Assembly (NCBI RefSeq): GCF_006345805.1
Contig: NC_043002.1
Span: forward strand, 110,608,001-110,672,000
Direction of reading: 5' to 3'
DNA from: Octopus sinensis
Taxonomy: Eukaryota
Length of the DNA stretch: 64,000 nt
In this document: positions 51,545 to 63,600 of the stretch, piece by piece
Numbering within the stretch: the first letter of the stretch is position 1
Layout: each line of letters opens with the position of its first letter
Program-made: the position numbers and the translations under genes
The notes under the pieces: generated by a model
What the model saw: only the letters and a program-made list of their open reading frames with translations
What the model was told of the DNA's origin: nothing
Databases searched by the model: none

Positions 51545-52850
51545 GTGCAACTCCAACCTTAGTCTTTGGAAATATTCCATCCTCAGTTGCTCTTTCAGTT
51601 CCTACGCCATTATCTCTTTGAACTCTAGTAAACCAAGGTATTTTTTAGCCTTCTGTTTCAATTTGTTTAATCAAGTTGCTGTTCGGAAGTTCTGTCCCTG
51701 CCAGAGACTGTACCTTGCCTCTCTTTAGGTACAAATTTAAGTCCAAATTCCATTCTAATATCAGCACTAAAACAGTGGATTGTGTTCACCAAGGAACTCA
51801 CTTGTGTCTCATCCTTGCCATACAATTTCAAATCATCCATGAAGAGGAGGTGGTTGATTGTTTGGGATTTTCCCTTTAGTTGCTACCCTAGGTTCATTTT
51901 CCTAAGTACCAAGGTCAGGGGTGTCATGCAGAGAACTAAAAGCAATGGAGATAGCTATCACCCTGGAAAATCCCATTTCTGATATCCAGGGTGCCCAAGC
52001 TTTTTCCGTAAGATGTCAGTTCAGTTTTCCACCCCACCATACTTCTCTTCGGGAAACACATTACATTCCTTGCAATTCCAAACAGATCTAAGCACTCAAT
52101 GATCCATGAATGTAGAATCCTAACACAAGCTTTGTGATTGTCAATCCAGGCCATTTCCAAATGTATTCTCCTTCATTTACAATCTTGCATTACCATTTTG
52201 TCCATCAATAATTGATCTTTGGTACCTCTGCATCTCCATCTATAGCCTTTTGGTTCCATAGGTAAAATATTGTTCTCATCAAGAAATTTGTGCAGATCTT
52301 CTGCAATTCCTCCTGACAGTAACATCTACATTAATGGGAGGCAAGAAATTGGCCTGTAATTGCCAGCAGCATTTCCCTTTGATGCATCCTTCAGACACAA
52401 CAGTTTGTCCTTTTGTCAATCAGCCTAGGATTTCTTCATCTCCATTGATCAATGCATTAAATTGCTCTGTGATCAATTTATAGTAATTACTGAACTTTTT
52501 TTAATCCAAAATTCCTGTACACCATCAGGTCCTGCTGTTTTTCAATTTCTTATCTTTTTAGACACATTTTTGATACTGTATTTTGTGAAGTGGATAACCT
52601 CTTGCTGGGGATAAGAAGCTGTTTGCTTCAGGCTGCAGAGCCATTCAACATAATGCTGTTCTTGCTTACTCCATATCTTACCCCAGAAAAGTTAACTTTC
52701 ATCAGCATCAGGGTCTAATATTTCACATTTTTTATCATCATTAATCTTTTGATAAAATCTTTTTTTGGTCAGTTCTAAATAATTTGTTTCACCGGTATTG
52801 CTTAAAGTGAAAGCTGAGCAATCTGTTGACCTGGTGTCAGAAATGATTGA
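51545..52850 (-). mobile_element. R4/Dong-like LINE RT relic
   Basis: TDQKRFYQKIN...FWGKIWSK; MAWIDNHKA...HSWIIECL..FGI...SM.GWKTELTS...GIFQGDS; FSADIRMEFGL. Confidence 0.85.
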
Positions 52851-52859
52851 GTTAACCAA

Positions 52860-53264
52860 GGCGCAGGAGTGGCTGTGTGGTAAGTAGCTTGTTTACCAAC
52901 CACATGGTTCCAGGTTCAGTCCCACTGCGTAGCACCTTGGGCAAGTGTCTTCTACTATAGCCTCGGGCTGACCAAAGCCTTGTGAGTGGATTTGGTAGAC
53001 GGAAACTGAAAGAAGCCCGTCGTATATATGTATATATATATGCGTGTGTGTGTTTGGGTGTTTGTGTTTGTCCCCCTAGCATTGCTTGACAACCGATGCT
53101 GGTGTGTTTATGTCCCCGTTACTTAGCGGTTCGGCAAAAGAGACTGATAGAATAAGTACTGGGCTTACAAAAGAATAAGTCCCGGGGTCGAGTTGCTCGA
53201 TTAAAGGCGGTGCTCCAGCATGGCCACAGTCAAATGACTGAAACAAGTAAAAGAGTAAAAGAGT
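52860..53264 (+). mobile_element. Family-A SINE, full length
   Basis: Homology. Confidence 0.9.
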
Positions 53265-55149
53265 ATATCCACTCACTGAACTATACTGCATACTTCCTAG
53301 ATAGTAAAGTGCTACTTATCCTGCTTGTGAAATTCTCAAAATTCCAACCCTCTACACTTGATAACATCAAAAATGTTGTGCCTTCACACACTTTACAAGT
53401 AGTTTGTATAGACTTCAAATAGCCCATCTAACTCTGTTAGAAATAGAATCAACTTAAGCAGCAGGCTGTCATTGTAATAGTACTTTGCAAAAAGTGTATC
53501 ACAGTCTAGATAAAATTTGATTGAGATTATTGTCTTAAATATTATAGAGAGATGAGGCCTTGGCTAAAACTTTTGCAAACTCAAACCTTCTTATTACGTA
53601 TGTTAATCTCTTACCCCCTCTCCTTGCCCCTAATGAAATGCTAACCAATAATCTCCCGCTGCTCTGATTGGCCTATTTTCTTATTGTTACTACTTCAACA
53701 AGGTATTCTTTCTAAATGTTTAAAACGAAACTAAAATAAATAGTAAAAAAGAACTTTAATCAGCTCTGATCTAGAATATCAACACACAATATTTTGTATC
53801 AATTTATTCTATTCATTTCTAACTTCATATCTAAGTAGCCTGAAGCATTTTGTACAGGAATTCTACTGATAAACACTTGTCTCTTTTCCTCACCCCACTC
53901 CCATTTACTTCAAAATAGAAAGATTGCTGTGAAAATACTATTGATTGGTTGCAAATCACTTGCTTCAGTCACATATTGAATAGATTCTTACAAATTACAA
54001 TGCATATGGGCTGGATTGCAGTTGTGGGGGGACGGGGAGTAGAAGAATGAAAGAATATAAAATGTTTTGTAAATCACTGAAAGTATTTTAATCTGTGATT
54101 TCATCAGAATATCTTGCTACGTAATTCTCTTGTAAATTCTTAAAGAAATTGAACTACTCTGCAAATTTGCTATTTCCTTGTAAATCTCAAGTATAACTAA
54201 ATTTTAATCTGCAAAGCATATTTCAAAGTTGAATTGCTAACCATAATATGCTTTCTAAAATTTCCTAATTTTTTTTCTTTTTAAGTTATTCTTATGCTTT
54301 TTCTTTTTAATGATTATTAATTTAAGGTGTTCTTTTTCAAATAGATTACAGGTTATTTTTTAAGATATTGACTCCCTCTAAAATTTGATAACTTATAAGA
54401 TAAAACAATGTGCTTCTGTATACTAGTATTGTAGTTATTCATCTATTGGGTATTATGTTGTCAGCAGAATCATGATTTAGATTGGAGCTGCTTCAGAACA
54501 ATTAAGTAAATGTAAATACATCACTACTTCCATTATCAGGTTTTGTGTATATGGAGAAATAAGTTTAGATAATTTTTGGTTCAGAACTCTTCTCTGATTT
54601 CCTGAAAATCTTTTTTATAATGATTCAAGATTATTGTTAACTCTCAAACATTTGAGTTCTCTGCAAGCAGTATCACTCTCAGACATCATGGGCAAGGTAA
54701 ATATCAGGTCCAAGAAAACATTAAAAGACTATTGCCAATATCTACTTTCAGGCTTGTTTTTTCATAACAGCTTGTTTGGACCCTATCTGACTCTCATTTT
54801 TCAGCTGGGAGATAATTCATGTACTCAATTTTCATTCTTCCTTTGTCCACAACCTACTAAACCAGCAAGAGAACATGTATTATTGTTTGGACTACAAAAA
54901 TTAGTTAATCTCCCTCAAATAACACTCTACTATCTTTAAAAATGAAGCACAGTGGAAAATGTAAACCTAAACACCATCTTAAGATAAGATGGAATATTCA
55001 TAGCTGGAAAATTCTCTATTATTAGACTACTGAGCAAGCTTGACCTCGTGTTAAATAGCCACATCCAACCCACTTTACAACTAATGAGGAAATTTACCAT
55101 GGCTGGATAATTCTGATATCTGTCTATGCATATACATTCCTTCACTAAT

Positions 55150-55510
55150 GTTGGCAGGCATGGCTGTGTGGTAAGAAGTTGCTTCCCAATCACATGGTTC
55201 CAAGTTCAGTTTCACTGCATGGCATCTTGGACAAGTGTCTTCTACTATAGCCTTAGACCAACCAAATTTGGTAGAGAGAAACTGAAAGAAGCCTATCGTG
55301 TGTGTTTGTGTTTGCTCCCCACTGCTTCTTGACAACCGGTGTTGGTTTGATTACATTCTAATATCTTAATGATTCAAAAAAAGAGACTGATAGAATTAAT
55401 ACTAGGTTTTGAAAGAATAAATCCTGGGGTCAATTTGTTTGACTAGAGCCCTTCAAAAGGGTGCTCCAGCATCCCCGCAGTCAAATGACTGAAACAAGTA
55501 AAAGATAGAA
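55150..55510 (+). mobile_element. Older family-A SINE
   Basis: Diverged homology. Confidence 0.75.
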
Positions 55511-55724
55511 AAGGACATATTTTTCTTTGTATTTTTCTCCCGTTGCCCACCGTGGATGTCCCACTTATATGACATCAAGAACATTTTGCATTTGTGATTA
55601 ATAATTTAGCTTCCTTCTACACTTTTAGAAAAGAGAACAAATGTGTCAGTGCATCTTTGTTCCTCAATAATAATAATAATACACAACTTGAAGTTTTAGA
55701 TTCACTACACTTGTAAGATGCATA

Positions 55725-56125
55725 GGCGCAGGAGTGGCTGTGTGGTAAGTAGCTTGCTAACCAATCACATGGTTCCGGGTTCAGTCCCACTGCCTGGCAT
55801 CTTGGGCAAGTGTCTTCTGCTATAGCCCCGGGCCAACCAATGCCTTGTGAGTGGATTTGGTAGACGGAAACTAAAAGAAGCCTGTCGTATATATGTATAT
55901 ATATATATATATGTGTGTGTGTGCCTGTGTTTGTCCCCCTAGCATTGCTTGACAACTGATGCTGGTGTGTTTACGTCCCCGTCACTTAGCGGTTCGGCAA
56001 AAGAGACCAATAGAATAAGTACTGGGCTTACAAAGAATAAGTCCTGGGGTCGAGTTGCTCGACTAAAGGCGGTGCTCCAGCATGGCCGCAGTCAAATGAC
56101 TGAAACAAGTAAAAGAGTAAAGAGT
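55725..56125 (+). mobile_element. Family-A SINE, full length
   Basis: Homology. Confidence 0.9.
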
Positions 56126-56245
56126 ATATACTAACAGTCATAGGAACTCTACACTAAGTCCGCATGAACTAAAAAATTGCTTTGTAAAAGTTGCTTTTCT
56201 TCTTTAGAGTCCACAATGAGTTTAGACCTGAGATAGTAAACCATT

Positions 56246-56251
56246 TTTATT
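56246..56251 (-). promoter_or_regulatory. Candidate AATAAA polyadenylation signal
   Basis: About 65 nt downstream of the candidate terminal exon stop. Weak evidence in AT-rich DNA. Confidence 0.2.
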
Positions 56252-56314
56252 AAAGGATAAATATATCCATCCAACCGAAGAATAGTATCACATATTTTGA
56301 TTAAAATACCATAC

Positions 56315-56403
56315 CTACTTGATATTCCTGCACGTCTTCCTCTCATCATCCGTCCACCTTTCTCTTCTTACTCGGTTGTGTGGCTTGCAATAAGAGCTTC
56401 TGG
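56315..56403 (-). CDS. Candidate terminal coding exon (phase 1 ARSSYCKPHNRVRRERWTDDERKTCRNIK*, or phase 2 QKLLLQATQPSKKRKVDG*)
   Basis: Acceptor GGTTTTACAG; GC-richer unique sequence; both frames end here. Confidence 0.35.
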
Positions 56404-57449
56404 CTGTAAAACCAGCTGTTTCAATGAAAACCATTCTACTAATGTTTAAGACATTTTTTTTAAAAAAAAGGCCACCATAAGCAGTTCAATTAGCAAACAC
56501 TAATCTCAGTGTATTATCCTAATCTCATTAGCCAAAAATATTTAATTTTGCTAAGCTACTAAAATCACCAAATTTTAGTTGCTTAAAAAAAGCTACAAAC
56601 ACTGCTTTTGTTCCTCAAAACGGAAAGGAAAAAAACACTGATAGGTGAAAATATTTGCTGTACATTGTCTCCAGTTTGACATTCCCAAACAAAACTTCCT
56701 TAAGTTATTCACCAATAAATTATAGAGTTGATTTCACATAACGTACAATATTGACTTATGAATGTTCCTCATTTTTTTTTTTTAGATCAGCCATGAACGA
56801 TGTGTAGCCCACAGGACTTTCTAAATAACAAGGCTAATGAAAAATTACCTTGAATATTTTTGTAGAGTAGCTTTTAATAGATTGTTGTCCTAGTTGTAAG
56901 TGGACATGCATTTTGTTTCTTCAAGTGTTAGGGGGTTAAAGAAAATATAATCCATTATTTAATTAATAATTTAATTAGGATGTAGTAATTGATATTTTAA
57001 TTAGTAAGTTTTTACAAACCCCAGAATACTTATAAAGTATTCTGGGGTTATAAAGAAGTTTATGGTTTAGAATTAAAAAACAAAAGAACTCATTTTTATC
57101 ATAAACCAGTTTAATTTAATGGTTGGTCCTGTTTGGGAAGACCCTTAAGCAAAGGTGTTCCACCAGTGACTACCCACTCCTAAAACTACATTGTCTAATG
57201 TGGCATTTTGTTTTTTTTTTGAAAGATTGTATGTAATTTTAGGGTATTTAACCATTATTTCTAACAGATTGAGCACCCATACAATTGCTTCCTTGTTGGC
57301 AGTATATGTAAGATGTTGGCATATCAAAAATTGTAGAAAAGATGCAATAAGGTTGTCATCATAATGATAGACAATCAAATAGTTATTTTAAAAATTGTGA
57401 ATTTCTGTATCTGTCCATTAGAATCAGTAATTTTATTTACTTTACTTAC

Positions 57450-57523
57450 CTAGCCCATGAAGGGTGGTTATATGATTTCTAATCAAGTTGTGTTTTGGTG
57501 GCTTGTAATTCTGATTTTTATTC
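57450..57523 (-). CDS. Candidate 74-nt exon (NKNQNYKPPKHNLIRNHITTLHGL)
   Basis: Acceptor CTTTTATTTTCACATAG, donor TAG|GTAAGT, a single open frame (phase 2 to 1). Confidence 0.35.
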
Positions 57524-58050
57524 CTATGTGAAAATAAAAGTCTTTGCTATGTTGTGAAAGACTCCATAAACTTCTCAGTGTAAGAAATTCCAATGATCAA
57601 GAAGATCAAGAGTGGCTTTGGTTAAAAGGCAAAGTGTGAAGGAGAATGATTCTTAATCAGCTTGTTTATTGTAGATCTATTGTAAATAATTCTATTTGTG
57701 ACTGTCCCTAACATTTTGATCTATTTTATAATTGCTCATAGATGTTAACAATCAATTGGTTTTCTTTCAATCGACAGGTTTGATATCTGTCTATCTACCC
57801 TTATTACCTTACACAGTTGCTTCAGTGATTTACTTTTTCTGCCACACTAAGCACATATTCCATTTTAATAGCTGATTGGCTGAAGTAAGGGAAGGTAGCC
57901 AACCATGAAAACTGGATTCAGGCAAGTATATGCAGATGCACATGTGTATAATCACAAATCATTATAAATTTATGAAAGCTATATTTAATTTTCTCTCAAG
58001 TATTTGTCATATATAATTAAAATACACAAAAATGCAGAGACTCCCCTTAC

Positions 58051-58268
58051 CTCTGAATAATTCAATACACTACTTATCTAACTTATTTCCAACCTCATGA
58101 AGTTTGTCTTGCACTAAACACTATTTCACAATCTTTCTATGCAGCTGTTTTATCATAATTACGAAATCCATTGTTTCAAAACAAATATCAACCTCCTTTC
58201 AATATTGCTTCACTTTATTACTCCAGTTAATCTCAACTGACTAAGAGCTCAGCTTCAGCTTTTATTCT
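58051..58268 (-). other. Candidate non-coding (UTR or poison) exon, 218 nt
   Basis: Acceptor TTTTTTTTAATGCATTGTTTCAG, donor GAG|GTAAGG; stops in all frames. Confidence 0.2.
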
Positions 58269-59118
58269 CTGAAACAATGCATTAAAAAAAAACACTTAAT
58301 CTTTCAAGTCATTCTAGTTTTAGTCTGTAACTTTCAAAAAATATCAAAATAGAAATCTTTCCTTATTTATCTTTAGCTTACCATTGTGTTGTATAGAAGA
58401 AATATAAGATGCAATCTAAGGAGAATGCTTGTCTAACATGAATTGACCATTTTCAATTTGGTTAAAGCCAAGTAAAATTAATTGCTTTCACTAAGTCATT
58501 AAGTTTGAGCTCATGATAATCCACTTGGTCATTCCACGACCCTCATTCCTATCAAGAATATTATATGTTATGTGGAATGAAGGTTTATCTTGTAGTATAG
58601 CTGATTATTACAGTTCCAATCTACTACTTCTGTATCCCACTTCACTGTCTCATTTTAATGTTGTCACCCTGCTAAGAAGAGCATTAACAGGCATCATTTA
58701 AATTTTAATTGTTTGTATGCCTACATTTTCACTCTTCTCTCTTTCTCTCTTTAATAAAAGTATTTTGAAATGTGGAGAAAAATGTTAGGTAGGGACAATT
58801 CCATGACAGCATATCCCTTAATTAATTCCCTTTATAGGAAGTTGAGATAATTGCTTAGAAGTATTGTTAATTAATTGATTAATAACCAAGACTTTAGCTA
58901 CAGCAGGAAATCAAATGAAATTCTCATATATCACCTTCAAATTTTAAGAGCTACAGAATCATGACAAGCAGAGTAATTAAGATGACAAACTGTGTGGTTT
59001 AAAGAGCCATAAGTTCAAATTGTTCCATTCTCACATTACCCCCTCATCAGCTGCAACTCTGTAACATTCATTTCTGGGTGGAGTAATTTCATTTATCTGG
59101 ATATAAAATGTTTCTTAC

Positions 59119-59130
59119 CTTTGTATGTAC
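59119..59130 (-). CDS. Candidate 12-nt microexon GTACATACAAAG
   Basis: CTTTCTACTTTCCCTTTTTAG acceptor and AAG|GTAAGA donor; open in all three frames. Confidence 0.4.
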
Positions 59131-59655
59131 CTAAAAAGGGAAAGTAGAAAGTTTTTTTATTGTTATCAAGTAAACTCTGATCAAAAGTATTCTAGCCATG
59201 ATAATTTGTCTTTCTAAGATTATGTAGGACAAGTATGGCAGTTCACTTCACAACCACATAGTTTTGGTGTAGTCCTACTTTATAGCATCTTCATTAAATT
59301 TCTGGTATTAAAGCCTCAAGCTGATAAATACCCTGTGTATGAAACTTGATGGACAGAAACTCTGTGTACATGTTTTATCTTTGTATCTTTACATTGACAC
59401 TACTTGCAAAACTGTACTCCATCTTTGTGACCTATAGCTTAGTTGTTGAGCAAATAGTGATTAGTACTAGACTGAAAAATAAGTACTATGGTCAGGATGA
59501 TCCATTAAAACCCTTCAAGTAGTATTTCTGTGTGGCAGCTTCAGTGAATGACTAAAGCAAGTAAAAGAATTAATGAAGGTGCCCTGTCCTTTTATAGATT
59601 GGTAGCATGTGATTTGAGAGATATTTGGCCATTGTTTCTAGCAGGCCAAGTAACC

Positions 59656-59885
59656 TATTTCCTTATTACCCACAAGGGGCTAAACACAGAGGGGACAAAC
59701 AAGGACAGACATAGGTATTAAGTCGATTACATCGACCCCAGTGCGTAACTGGTACTTAATTTATTGACTCCAAAAGGATGAAAGGCAAAGGTGACCTCGG
59801 CGGAATTTGAACTCACAACGTAACGCAGATGAAATACCGCTAAGCATTTTGCCCGGCATGCTAACGTTTCTGCCAGCTCGCCGCC
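59656..59885 (-). mobile_element. Family-D SINE with 11-bp TSD
   Basis: GCCAAGTAACC at 59645-59655 and 59883-59893. Confidence 0.9.
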
Positions 59886-60879
59886 AAGTAACCATGTTGG
59901 CTCACAGGAAGACAGGAAATTTCTCATGAAGGTGGACATGAAAAAGAAAGACTGCATGTTATGCCTGTTATGGGTTTCATTGAGAGAGAGAGAGAGAGAG
60001 AGAGAGCGTATGAGTTTTGAGTAGTAGAATGAATTTGGCAACAAATGATTTTGAATAACAGCAAAAGTTGAAAGAGTAAAGATTAGTAGAATAGAGAAAG
60101 GAATGATGAAATAATGATTAACCAAAGGCTTTATGTGCCAAAATGTGGTCTACGATGGCAGCTGTTTTAATTACTCTAGACACAGATCCACTGTAATTCA
60201 ACAGACTTTTGCATGCAGATAGTTGACCAAATGGCTGCACATGATCCACATCTATTGCTCCAAGTAAGCCATGTCTCCACCTAGCTAAGAATGTTGTAAC
60301 ACACTCTGAAATGCAGTGATGATGTTTTACAGGGGGTAGAGTGTGACAGTTGAGACATGTATTTTATCCACCATCCAGTCTGTTATGAAGAAGCTTCTAC
60401 ATGATTGTTCAACATGCTATAATTAGCAATCAAATCTTGAAATGTTATCCTACCATCTTAAAAATAAATGACTATTCTATAAAAGGGATAAATTATTCAC
60501 AGCTGTCAGTTGTTGAGGTCCAATTCAGCCCTGATCAAGCAGACTTATGATCAAAGCCATTTCAGTTACAACCATTCTAACTTGACTTTTTTTCTATGTA
60601 TGCATGTTTTTCAGTTTTAATTTACGTGTTTCTTACAAGTGGAGAAAATCAGTTTCTAGCTTAGAAACAAGACTCAATGGAATTTAGACATCAAGCAGGA
60701 TATGTATATGTATATAATATGTATATGTGTGTGGGTTTGTGTGGGCACACACGTACATGTCTATGCATACACATTTCTATCTGCACATGTACATCTTTGT
60801 GCAGGAATGGATGGCATTCCACATGTGGGTCTTACTACATGTTGAACTTCGTGAATGTTTTATATATTTTTATAGTACA

Positions 60880-61276
60880 CTTGCAGTATCGCCCGGCGTT
60901 GCTCGGGTTTGTAAGGGAAATAACTATATAAACATTTTTAGAGATGTAAAGTATAATAGCCATCTCAATATGGCTAACCACAAAGTGGGGGGGTTACTGT
61001 AGATTTTTACGTTCTGAGATTTAATAATACAATTTTAGAGAGTTACTTCCCTTATATAATAGAAAAAAATGTATTAAAAATGGGAAAAAATGATGGTAAA
61101 TATTTTTTAAATCGTAGACTCATCATAGACGCGCGCTAATACCCAGAAGGGCTCGATATGAATCACGACTATAAGATACCCGCTTTTGGTTACACTGCAC
61201 CACAAAATGTGGGAGTAGTTAGGAATCTAAATCGTAGGAGACAGACAGCACACAACTTCACTTTTATATATAAAGA
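60880..61276 (-). mobile_element. Non-autonomous Helitron, 397 bp (copy of 7810-8206)
   Basis: Collinear reverse complement; CTAG end mutated to CAAG. Confidence 0.85.
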
Positions 61277-61720
61277 TTTCATACCTTGTAATAAATACAC
61301 TGATTAAGCATGTGTTTCTTTTCTAGTTTCATAAGCACACTTTCTCAAGATTACTCATGTTGTGTTCCAATAATTATTGATAGAAATCTAAAGTTATAAT
61401 CTGAATGGAGTACCTGCAGATGTCTCAGTTTAATATAGATGTTTTATTTTTTACTAAATGTTGACTGGGAATTTGATTTCAATTAGGGCGCATAGTTTCT
61501 ATTTTACTGTCCCTGATCATTATGTCTGGTCTGTTGTGCTTCATTTTATTGAAATCTTGATAAGGACACTCCACCATTATTTCTTCATATTATGTTTGAT
61601 TATGCCCTCCACATCACTGTAGCTTATCATATTAGTCTCCTCACAATTATCCTTTCTACAAATTTCATGATATAAAGTTCGATACGTATATATGTATGTG
61701 TGTGTATATATATATATATA

Positions 61721-61951
61721 TGTTTCTTTATTACCCACAAGGGGCTAAACATAGAGGGGACAAACAAGAACAGACATAGGGATTAAGTCGATTACATCGA
61801 CCCCAGTGCTTAACTGGTACTTAATTTATCGACCCTGAAAGGATGAAAGGCAAAGTCAACCTCGGCGGAATTTGAACTCAGAACGTAACGGCAGACGAAA
61901 TACGGCTACACATTTCGCCCGGCATGCTAACGGTTCTGCCGGCTCGCCGCC
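61721..61951 (-). mobile_element. Family-D SINE in (TA)n
   Basis: Homology. Confidence 0.9.
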
Positions 61952-62442
61952 TTTATATATATATATATATATAATTTAGTTTTGATCTATGATTGAGCAT
62001 TATTTGAATTTCTTATCTGATGAACCACATAACTAATCACTTATGTTATCCTCCTAGGGTCAATAAAATATACGGGAGCCATTGTCTGGGATAGATATAA
62101 TTAAACCCACCAACCCCACATCAGTATGTTGCAACAATGTACGAAATCAATATATAAAGACTTTGTGTTATTCAATGAGATGATGTCTGAACTCTAGTGC
62201 AAGATTTGTTTTGTGCTTGGAACTGTTAGACAGTTTATATAGCTTGGCTTTTTACTGGCTAGTATAACATCATATTTTGCTGATATAGAAGTTCAAGGTT
62301 TGAAGCACAGACACACACGCACACACACACACACACACACCTATTCAACTAGTGAATTTCATTTCTGATGTTCTGGCGTTACAGTGTGATCAAACTTCTT
62401 ATCCACAAAGCTGTATTTCCTTCCATATATACATATCATCAT

Positions 62443-62562
62443 CATCATCATCATCATCATTTAGCGTCCGTTTTCCATGCTAGCATGGGTTGGACGGTTC
62501 AACAGGGGTCTGTGAAGCCAGAAGGCTGCATCAGGCCCAGTCTGATCTGGCAGTGTTTCTAC
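62443..62562 (-). mobile_element. RTE 3' tail (family E)
   Basis: Homology. Confidence 0.85.
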
Positions 62563-62811
62563 ATATATATATATATCTTTTCTATTTTAATCATTAGACT
62601 GCAGCTATGCTGGAGTACTTCCCTTGAAGGGTTTAGTTGAACAAATTGACTCTTTTACTTATTTTTTTAAAACCTGGTAATTTATGGGGATGCAAACAAA
62701 CCAGCACTGGTTGTCAAGCAGCAGTGAGAGACAAAGAGAAATACAAAGAAAAACGCACATGTATATGTGATGGGTTCTTTCAGTTTAAATTATATATATA
62801 TATACATATAT

Positions 62812-63020
62812 GTGACCTCATGTGTACCGTTGGAGATTTTTTTTCCTCTGTCTTCCCTTCTCTGGATCTTTCCTTCTCCTATGTTTCCGACGAAGAGCTC
62901 TGCTCTAAACGTTAAACCCTCCTTCTTCCCTTCTTTCCTGAGCGTCCAATAATACTATATTTGTTCCACGTCCTCGCCCTGTTGTGTTTTTTTGTGTTTT
63001 CATGTTTGGATTAACTTTAT
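62812..63020 (+). mobile_element. TA-flanked ~200-bp element with degenerate minimal hammerhead; probable Penelope terminal repeat
   Basis: GTTT-CCGACGA-A-GAGC-TCT-GCTC-TAAAC-GTT-AAAC at 62883-62917. Confidence 0.45.
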
Positions 63021-63101
63021 ATATATGTGCAAATGTGTATGCTGGTGCATTGAATGATTGATGAGTATTCTGACAAGCTATACTCATTTGAAGTACCTCA
63101 C

Positions 63102-63152
63102 TTGAGTACGATTTACCAGAAGAATGAACTCTGTTGTTTTGATTCAATGCTA
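63102..63152 (-). CDS. Candidate 51-nt symmetric exon (ALNQNNRVHSSGKSYS)
   Basis: Acceptor CAAATTGCAG, donor CAA|GTGAGG, open only in phase 1. Confidence 0.25.
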
Positions 63153-63439
63153 CTGCAATTTGATATTTAATTATTATATTCTTTTTTGGGAAACATGTTT
63201 TCTTATCTTAAATTTTGTACTAAAGAAATGGAAACCCATCCATGTCCTACATACTTATTGTTTATCTGTGATATCGCAGTAGCCAGTTGTGTTTTAAATA
63301 GCGACTTACCAACTCAAAATTCCAGTGATTTTGTTTATCAACCCCAGTCAGCCTTTACCAAGCAGATCTATGACCAAAAGCATTCCATTCTTGTTCCTAC
63401 TTTTAATACACTTCATTTAGGAATATAAATGCAGAGTAA

Positions 63440-63600
63440 GTGCAGGTTCAGCTATGTGGTAAGAAGTTAGCTTCCCAGCCACATAGTTTCAGTTAAAGCC
63501 CCACTGTGTAGCACCTTGGGCAAGTGTCTTCTATTAAAGCCCCAGGCCAACCAAAGCCTTGTATGTGCATTTGACAGAGACTGAAAGAGCACTTGTGTGT
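63440..63600 (+). mobile_element. Older family-A SINE head
   Basis: Diverged homology. Confidence 0.7.

Noticed and set aside
54634-54939. 101-aa ORF and an RLWTKEE Myb-like snippet on the opposite strand
   Set aside because: No homology; the snippet hits a stop immediately.
60219-60263. Plus-strand 45-nt exon-like segment IVDQMAAHDPHLLLQ
   Set aside because: Isolated, opposite to the better-supported minus chain, and flanks look like old repeat.
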